From the NCBI RefSeq assembly GCF_009914755.1, contig NC_060948.1: a stretch of 64,000 bases of DNA, one strand, 5' to 3'. Numbering within the stretch: the first letter of the stretch is position 1; each line of letters starts with the position of its first letter. The notes under the pieces were generated by a model. It saw only the letters and a program-made list of their open reading frames with translations, did no database searches and was not told the DNA's origin. Shown piece by piece: positions 55,001 to 64,000 of the stretch. The DNA is from the human T2T-CHM13v2.0 reference genome, Homo sapiens. The translations under genes and the position numbers were made by a program.

Positions 55001-57850
55001 AGAGAGTTTCAAAACTACTCAAACAAAAGGTTCAATTCTGTGAGTTGAAAGCAAACATCACAAAGAAGTTTCTCAGAATGCGTCTGTGTAGTTTTTATGT
55101 GAAGATATTTCCTTTTCACAGTAGAATGCAAAGGGCTCCAAATATCCACTTGGAGATTCTACAAAAAGAGTTTCAAAACCGCTCTGTCAAATGATAGGTT
55201 GAACTCCCGGAGGTGAATACACACATCACAAAGAGGTTTCTCAGCATGCTTCTGTGTAGTTTTTATGTAAACATATTTCCGTTTCTATCATAGGCCTCAA
55301 AGTGCTCCAAATATTCACTTGTACATTCTACCAAACGAGTATTTCAAAACTGCTCAATCAAATGGAAGGTTCAAAACTGTGACATGAATGCCCACATCAC
55401 AAAGTAGTTTCTCAGAATGCTTCTGTGTAGTTTTTATGTGAAGATATTTCCTTTTCCACAACAGCGTGCAAAACGCTTCAAATATGCCCTTAGAGATTCC
55501 ACAAAAAGAGTGTTTCCAAACTACTCAAATCAAAAAATGATTTCAACTCTGTGAGATGAATGCACACATCACAAACTAGTTTCTCAGAATGTTTCTGCCT
55601 GGTTCTCATGCGAAGATAGTTCCTTTTTCACCATAGGCCGCAATGTACTCCAAATATCCACCTGCAGATTCTACAAAAGTGAGTTTCAAAACTGCTCTAT
55701 CAAAAGATCAGTTCGTCTCTGTGAGTTGAATGCATACATCAAAAAGAAGCTTCTCAAAATGCTTCTGTGTGGTTTTTCGGTGAAGATAGTTCTTTTTCTA
55801 CCATAGGTCTCAAACCACTCCAAATATCCACTTGTAGATTCTATAAAAAGGAATGTTCAAAATTGCTCAATAAAAATAAAGTTTCAACACCGTGAGATGA
55901 GTGCACAAATCACAAAGAAGTTTCTCAAAATGCTTCTGGGTAGTTTTTCTGTGAAGATAGTTCCTTTTCTACCATGGGCCACAAAGGGCTCCAAATACCC
56001 ACTTGCAGATTCTACAAAAAGAGAGTTTCACAACTGCTCTATCAAACAATATGTTCAACTTTGTGGGTTGAACACAAATATCACAAGAATTTTCTCCCAA
56101 TGCTTCTGTGTAGTTTTTATGTGAAGACATTTCTTTTCCCTCCATAGTCCACAAAGTGCTCCAAATATCCACTTACATATTCTAGAAAAAGATTGCTTGG
56201 AAACTGCACAATGAAAAGAAAGGTTCAAATATATGAGATGAATGCACACATCACAAAGAAGTTTCTCAGAATCTCTCTGTGTAATTTTTATGTGAAGATA
56301 TTTCCTTTCCCACTTTAGGTCTTAAAACGCTCCAAATATCCACTTGCAGATACTACAAGAAGATTGTTTCAAAACTGCACAAAAAAAGAAATGTTCAATT
56401 CTGTTTGATGAATGCACACATCACAAAGAAGTTTCTCAGAATGCTTCTCTGTAGTTTTTATGTGAAGATATTTCCTTTTCCACAATAGGCCTCAAAGGGC
56501 TCCAAATATCCACTTCCAGATTCTATGAAAAGAATATTTCCAAACTGCTCAATCATAGGAAATGTTCAACTCTGTGAGATGAATGCACACATCACAAGAA
56601 ATTTCTCAGAATCCTTCAGTGTAGGTTTTATGAGAAGATAATTCCTTTTCCACAATAGTTCTCAAAGCACTCAAAATATCCACTTGCAGATTCTACAAAA
56701 GGAGTATTTCAAAACTGCTCAATCAAAAGAAAGGTTCAACTCTGTGAGATGAATGGACACATCACAAAGAAGTTTCTCAGAATGCTTCTGTGTAGTATTT
56801 TTGTGAAGATATTTCTTTTCCACCATAGACCGCCAGGGGACACAAATATCCACTTTCAGATTCTACAACAAGAGAGGTTCAAAACTACTCGATCAAGAGA
56901 TGGTTTCAACTATGTGAGTTGAATGCACACATCACAAAGAACTATGTCGGAATTCTTCTGTGTAGTTTTTATGTGAAGATATTTCCTTTTCCACAATAGA
57001 CGTCAAAGTGATCCAGATATCCACTTGCAGATTCCACAAAAAGAGTGTTTCAAAAGTGCACAACCAAAAGAAAGGTTCAACTAGGTGAGATGAATGCACA
57101 CATCAGAAGGAAGTTTCTCAGAATGCTTCTGCATAGCTTTTAAGGGAAGATACTTCCTTTTCCAACATAGGCCTCAAAGCACTCCAAATATCCTCCTGGA
57201 GATACCACAAAAAGAGTGTTTGCAAACTGCTCAATCAAAAGAAAGATTTAACTCTGTGAGATGAATCCACACATGACAAAGAAGTTTCTCAGAATGCTTC
57301 TGTGTAGTTTTTATGTGAAGATATTTCCTTTTCCACAATAAGACCCAAAAGGCTCCAAATATTCACTTGCAGATTCTAAAAAAAACAGTGTTTCAAAACT
57401 GCTCAATCAAAAGATAGTTCAACTCTGTGAGAAGAATGCTCACATCACTGAGAAGTTTCTCAGAATGCTTCTGTGTAGTTTTTATATGAAGATATTTCCT
57501 TTCCCACCGTAGGCCACAAAAGGCTCCAAATATCCACTTGCAGATACTATGAAAAGAGAGTTTCAAAACTGCTCATTCAAAAGATAGGTTCAACTCTGTG
57601 GTTTGAATGCACACAGCACAAAGAAGTTTCACAGAATGTGTCTGTGTAGTTTTTATGTGCGGATGTTTCCTTTTCCACCATATGCCTAAATATTTCCCAA
57701 TTTCCACTTGCAGATTCCACAAGAAGAGTTTTTCAAAACTGCTGTATCAAATAAAGTTGAACTCTGTGAGGTGAATGCACACAGCACAAAATGGTTTCTC
57801 AGAATGCTTCCTTGTTGTTTTTATATGAAGATGTTTCCTTTTCAACAATA
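52066..57850 (-). repeat. HOR copy 10
   Basis: C at 52437, A at 53264, G at 55121; private variants at 53198, 53426, 56314, 57730. Confidence 0.95.
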
Positions 57851-60800
57851 GGCCTCAAAGTGCTTCAAATGTCCACTTGCAGATTCTACAAAAAGAGTGT
57901 TTCAAAACTGCTCAATCAAAAGAAAGGTTCGACTCTGGGAAATTAATGCACACATCACAAAGAAGTTTCTCAGCTTCTGTGTAGTTTTCATGTGAAGTTA
58001 TTTCCTTTTCCACAATAGGCCGCAAAGGGCTCCAAATATCAACTTACAGATTCTAGGAAAAGAGAGTTTCAAAACTGCTCTACGAAAAGATAGGTTGAAC
58101 TCTGTGAGATGAATGCACACATCACAAAGAAGTTTCTCAGAATGCATCTGTGTAGTTTTTACGGGAAGATATTTCCTTTTCCACCATCTTCCACAAAGGT
58201 CTCCAAGTAACCACTTGCAGACTCTACAGAAAGACACTTTAAAAACTGCTCTATCAAAAGATCAGTTCAAGTCTGTGGTTTGAATGCACACATCACAAAG
58301 AATTTTCTCAGAATGCTTCTGTGTAGTTTTCATATGAAGATATTTCCTTTTCCACCATAGGCCTCAAAGCACTCCAAATATCCACTTGCAGATTCTACAA
58401 AAAGAGATTTTCAAAACTAGTCAATCAAAAGAAAGGTTCAACTCTGTCAGTTGAATGCACATATCACAAACAAGTTTCTCGGAATGCGTCTGTGTAGTTT
58501 TTATGTGAAGATATTTCCTTCTCCACAACAGGCCTCAAAGTGCTCCGAATATCCACTTGCAGATTTTACTAAAGAGTGTTTCCAAACTGCTCAATCAAGA
58601 GGAAGTTTCAAGTCTGTGAGCTGAACGCACACATCACAAAGTAGTTTCTGAGAATGCTTCTGTGTAGTTTTTATGTGAAGATGTTTCCTTTTCCACCATA
58701 GGCTGCAAAGGGCTCCAAATATCCACTTGCAGATTCTACAAAAAGAGAGTCTCAAAAGTGCTCTATCAAAAGATAGGTTCAACTATGTGATATGAATGCA
58801 CACATCACAAAGTAGTTTCTCAGAATGCTTCTGTGTAGTTTTTATGTAAAGATATTTCCTTTTCCACCATAGGCCTCAAAGCACTCCAAATATCCACTTG
58901 CAGATTCTACAAAAAGAGATGTTCAAAACTATTTAATCAAAAGAAAGGTTCAAATCTGTCAGTTGAAGGTACATATCACAAACAAGTTTATTGGAATGCT
59001 TCTGTGTAGTTTTTATGTGAAGATATTTCCTTTTCCACAACAGGCCTCAAGGTGCTCCAAATATCCACTTGCAGATTTCACTAAAAGTGTGTTTCCAAGC
59101 TGCTCAATCAAGAGGAAGTTTCAAGTCTGTGAGGTGAATGCACACATTACAAAGAAGTTACTGAGAATGCTTCTGTGTAGTTTTTATGTGAAGATATTTC
59201 CTTTTCCACCGCAGGCCTCAAAGCGCTGCAAATATCCACTTGCAGATTCTACAAAAAGAGAGTTTCAAAACTGCTGTATCAAAAGATAGGGTCAACTCTG
59301 CGAGTTGAATAAACACATCACAAATAAGTTTCTGGGAACGCTTCTGTATAGTTTTATGTGAATATATTTCCTTTTCCACCATATGCCTCAAAGCACTCCA
59401 AATATCCACTTGCACATTATAGAAACATAGTCTTTCAAAACTTGTCAATCAAAGAAAGGTTCAACTCCGTGAGATGAGTGCACACATCACAGAGAAGTTT
59501 CTCGGAATGTTTCTGTGTAGTTTTTATGTGAAGATATTGCCTTTTCCACAATAGGCCTCAAAGCGTTCCAAATATCCAATTGCAGATTCCACAAAAAAAG
59601 TTTTTTAAAACTGCTCAATCAAATGATAGATTAAACTCTGTGAGATTAGTGCACACATGTCAAAAAAGTTTCTCAGAATGCTTCTGTGTACTTTTTAGGG
59701 GAAGATATTTCCTTTTCCACCATCGGCCACAAAGGACTCCAAATAACCACATGCAGATTCTAGTAACACAGAGTTTCAAAACTGCTCTATCAAAAGATAA
59801 GTTCAACTCTGAGAGTTTAGTGCAACCATCGTGAAGAAGTTTCTCAGAATGCTTCTGAGTAGTGTTTATGTGAAGATATTTCCTTTTCCACCATAGGCCT
59901 GAAAGCCCTCCAAATATCCACTTGCAGATCCTACAAAAAGAAAGTTTCGAAATGCTCTCTCAAACGATAGTTTCGACTCTGTGGTATGAATACACACATC
60001 ACAAAGAAGTTTCTCAGAATGCTTCTGTGTAGTTTTTAAATGAAGATATTTCTTTTTCCACCATAGGCCTCAAAGCACTCCAAATATGCACTTCCAGATT
60101 CTACAAAAAGAGTGTTTCAGAACTGCTCAATCAAAAGGAAGGTTCCAGTCTGAGACAAATACACACATCAAAAGGTAGTTTCTCAGAATGCTTCTGTGTA
60201 GTTTTTATGTGAAGATATTTTCCTTTCCACCATAGGCCACAAATGGCTCTAAATACCCACTTACATTTTCCACAAAAAGAGAGTTTCAAAACTGCTCTAC
60301 CAAAGGTAAGTTTAACGCTGTGAGTTAAGAACATCACAAAGAAGTTTCTCAGAATGCTTCTGTGTAGTTCTTACGTAAAGATATTTCCTTTTACACAATA
60401 GGCAGAAAAGTACTCCAAATATCCACTTGAAGATTCTACAAAAACCGTGTTTCAAAACTGCCGAATCAAAAGAAAGGTTCAACTCTGTGAGATGAATGCA
60501 CACATAACAAAGGAGTTTCTCAGAATGCTTCTGTGTAGCTTTTATATGAAGACATTTAGTTTTCCACAACAGGCCTCAAAGCTCTCTCCATATCCACTTG
60601 CAGATTCTACCGAAAGAGTGCTTCCAAACTGCTCAATCAAAAGAGACATTCAAATCTGTGAGGTGAATGCAGACATCGTAAAGAAGTTTCTCAGAATGCT
60701 TCTGTGTATTTTTTGTGTGAAGTTATTCGTTTTTGCACCATAGGCCTCCAAGCGTTCTAAATATCCACTTCTAGATTCTACAAAAAGAGAGTTTCAAAAC

Positions 60801-63635
60801 TACTCAAACAAAAGGTTCAATTCTGTGAGTTGAAAGCAAACATCACAAAGAAGTTTCTCAGAATGCGTCTGTGTAGTTTTTATGTGAAGATATTTCCTTT
60901 TCACAATAGAATGCAAAGGGCTCCAAATATCCACTTGGAGATTCTACAAAAAGAGTTTCAAAACCGCTCTGTCAAATGATAGGTTGAACTCCCGGAGGTG
61001 AATACACACATCACAAAGAGGTTTCTCAGCATGCTTCTGTGTAGTTTTTATGTAAACATATTTCCGTTTCTATCATAGGCCTCAAAGTGCTCCAAATATT
61101 CACTTGTACATTCTACCAAACGAGTATTTCAAAACTGCTCAATCAAATGGAAGGTTCAAAACTGTGACATGAATGCCCACATCACAAAGTAGTTTCTCAG
61201 AATGCTTCTGTGTAGTTTTTATGTGAAGATATTTCCTTTTCCACAACAGCGTGCAAAACGCTTCAAATATGCCCTTAGAGATTCCACAAAAAGAGTGTTT
61301 CCAAACTACTCAAATCAAAAAATGATTTCAACTCTGTGAGATGAATGCACACATCACAAACTAGTTTCTCAGAATGTTTCTGCCTGGTTCTCATGCGAAG
61401 ATAGTTCCTTTTTCACCATAGGCCGCAATGTACTCCAAATATCCACCTGCAGATTCTACAAAAGTGAGTTTCAAAACTGCTCTATCAAAAGATCAGTTCG
61501 TCTCTGTGAGTTGAATGCATACATCAAAAAGAAGCTTCTCAAAATGCTTCTGTGTGGTTTTTCGGTGAAGATAGTTCTTTTTCTACCATAGGTCTCAAAC
61601 CACTCCAAATATCCACTTGTAGATTCTATAAAAAGGAATGTTCAAAATTGCTCAATAAAAATAAAGTTTCAACACCGTGAGATGAGTGCACAAATCACAA
61701 AGGAGTTTCTCAAAATGCTTCTGGGTAGTTTTTCTGTGAAGATAGTTCCTTTTCTACCATGGGCCACAAAGGGCTCCAAATACCCACTTGCAGATTCTAC
61801 AAAAAGAGAGTTTCACAACTGCTCTATCAAACAATATGTTCAACTTTGTGGGTTGAACACAAATATCACAAGAATTTTCTCCCAATGCTTCTGTGTAGTT
61901 TTTATGTGAAGACATTTCTTTTCCCTCCATAGTCCACAAAGTGCTCCAAATATCCACTTACATATTCTAGAAAAAGATTGCTTGGAAACTGCACAATGAA
62001 AAGAAAGGTTCAAATATATGAGATGAATGCACACATCACAAAGAAGTTTCTCAGAATCTCTCTGTGTAATTTTTATGTGAAGATATTTCCTTTCCCACCT
62101 TAGGTCTTAAAACGCTCCAAATATCCACTTGCAGATACTACAAGAAGATTGTTTCAAAACTGCACAAAAAAAGAAATGTTCAATTCTGTTTGATGAATGC
62201 ACACATCACAAAGAAGTTTCTCAGAATGCTTCTCTGTAGTTTTTATGTGAAGATATTTCCTTTTCCACAATAGGCCTCAAAGGGCTCCAAATATCCACTT
62301 CCAGATTCTATGAAAAGAATATTTCCAAACTGCTCAATCATAGGAAATGTTCAACTCTGTGAGATGAATGCACACATCACAAGAAATTTCTCAGAATCCT
62401 TCAGTGTAGGTTTTATGAGAAGATAATTCCTTTTCCACAATAGTTCTCAAAGCACTCAAAATATCCACTTGCAGATTCTACAAAAGGAGTATTTCAAAAC
62501 TGCTCAATCAAAAGAAAGGTTCAACTCTGTGGGATGAATGGACACATCACAAAGAAGTTTCTCAGAATGCTTCTGTGTAGTATTTTTGTGAAGATATTTC
62601 TTTTCCACCATAGACCGCCAGGGGACACAAATATCCACTTTCAGATTCTACAACAAGAGAGGTTCAAAACTACTCGATCAAGAGATGGTTTCAACTATGT
62701 GAGTTGAATGCACACATCACAAAGAACTATGTCGGAATTCTTCTGTGTAGTTTTTATGTGAAGATATTTCCTTTTCCACAATAGACGTCAAAGTGATCCA
62801 GATATCCACTTGCAGATTCCACAAAAAGAGTGTTTCAAAAGTGCACAACCAAAAGAAAGGTTCAACTAGGTGAGATGAATGCACACATCAGAAGGAAGTT
62901 TCTCAGAATGCTTCTGCATAGCTTTTAAGGGAAGATACTTCCTTTTCCAACATAGGCCTCAAAGCACTCCAAATATCCTCCTGGAGATACCACAAAAAGA
63001 GTGTTTGCAAACTGCTCAATCAAAAGAAAGATTTAACTCTGTGAGATGAATCCGCACATGACAAAGAAGTTTCTCAGAATGCTTCTGTGTAGTTTTTATG
63101 TGAAGATATTTCCTTTTCCACAATAAGACCCAAAAGGCTCCAAATATTCACTTGCAGATTCTAAAAAAAACAGTGTTTCAAAACTGCTCAATCAAAAGAT
63201 AGTTCAACTCTGTGAGAAGAATGCTCACATCACTGAGAAGTTTCTCAGAATGCTTCTGTGTAGTTTTTATATGAAGATATTTCCTTTCCCACCGTAGGCC
63301 ACAAAAGGCTCCAAATATCCACTTGCAGATACTATGAAAAGAGAGTTTCAAAACTGCTCATTCAAAAGATAGGTTCAACTCTGTGGTTTGAATGCACACA
63401 GCACAAAGAAGTTTCACAGAATGTGTCTGTGTAGTTTTTATGTGCGGATGTTTCCTTTTCCACCATATGCCTAAATATTTCCCAATTTCCACTTGCAGAT
63501 TCCACAAGAAGAGTGTTTCAAAACTGCTGTATCAAATAAAGTTGAACTCTGTGAGGTGAATGCACACAGCACAAAATGGTTTCTCAGAATGCTTCCTTGT
63601 TGTTTTTATATGAAGATGTTTCCTTTTCAACAATA
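57851..63635 (-). repeat. HOR copy 11
   Basis: C at 58222, A at 59049, G at 61703, G at 62532; private variants at 58751, 58921, 60412, 63054. Confidence 0.95.
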
Positions 63636-64000
63636 GGCCTCAAAGTGCTTCAAATGTCCACTTGCAGATTCTACAAAAAGAGTGTTTCAAAACTGCTCAA
63701 TCAAAAGAAAGGTTCGACTCTGGGAAATTAATGCACACATCACAAAGAAGTTTCTCAGCTTCTGTGTAGTTTTCATGTGAAGTTATTTCCTTTTCCACAA
63801 TAGGCCGCAAAGGGCTCCAAATATCAACTTACAGATTCTAGGAAAAGAGAGTTTCAAAACTGCTCTACGAAAAGATAGGTTGAACTCTGTGAGATGAATG
63901 CACACATCACAAAGAAGTTTCTCAGAATGCATCTGTGTAGTTTTTACGGGAAGATATTTCCTTTTCCACCATCTTCCACAAAGGTCTCCAAGTAACCACT
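63636..64000 (-). repeat. HOR copy 12, partial (cut by window end)
   Basis: Matches the first 365 bp of the unit. Confidence 0.95.

Larger units (their letters stand above)
1..64000 (-). repeat. DYZ3: Alpha-satellite HOR array, 34-mer / 5,785 bp; most likely human chrY centromere DYZ3 (S4CYH1L)
   Basis: Every ~171 bp carries alphoid motifs (ggcctcaaag..tccaaatatccacttgcagattctacaaaaagagtgtttcaaaactgctcaatcaaaagaaaggttcaactctgtgagatgaatgcacacatcacaaagaagtttctcagaatgcttctgtgtag). The ORF track recurs with an exact 5,785-bp shift and I counted 34 monomers per unit. No CENP-B box; one EcoRI and one HindIII site per unit. The DYZ3 assignment rests on the known 34-mer ~5.7-5.8 kb Y HOR, not on a database search. 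Confidence 0.96.

Noticed and set aside
148-62034. Eleven short ORFs (63-108 aa) repeated in every HOR
   Set aside because: They are translations of alphoid monomers with ~57-aa internal periodicity, overlap on both strands, often begin at non-ATG codons, and show no recognisable domain or gene structure.
1-64000. CRISPR-like repeat/spacer reading of conserved blocks alternating with variable blocks
   Set aside because: The 'spacers' are homologous to each other, the whole 34-mer repeats almost perfectly, and there are no cas genes; this is satellite DNA.
1-64000. Embedded L1/Alu insertion, inversion or unique sequence
   Set aside because: The period and orientation are unbroken from start to end, and I saw no non-alphoid segment.

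Overview
The whole 64 kb window is primate alpha-satellite DNA: head-to-tail ~171-bp monomers, reverse-complemented relative to the usual alphoid consensus. The monomers form an exact 5,785-bp higher-order repeat (HOR) of 34 monomers, with 11 complete copies (starting at 1, 5786, 11571, 17356, 23141, 28926, 34711, 40496, 46281, 52066, 57851) and 365 bp of a 12th. The 34-mer/5.8-kb period, one EcoRI and one HindIII site per unit, and A-box (pJalpha-type) monomers with no CENP-B box match the human Y centromeric array DYZ3 (S4CYH1L). I saw no genes, RNA genes, transposon insertions, inversions or HOR length variants, and the ORFs in the track are satellite artefacts. I found no previously undescribed biological system. 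The signal worth a second look is evolutionary: an older trimer duplication and shared adjacent-monomer motifs inside the HOR, plus SNVs between HOR copies whose mosaic pattern (including all four haplotypes at two sites 25 bp apart) points to gene conversion and out-of-register duplication. Variants were read by eye, so the list may be incomplete.
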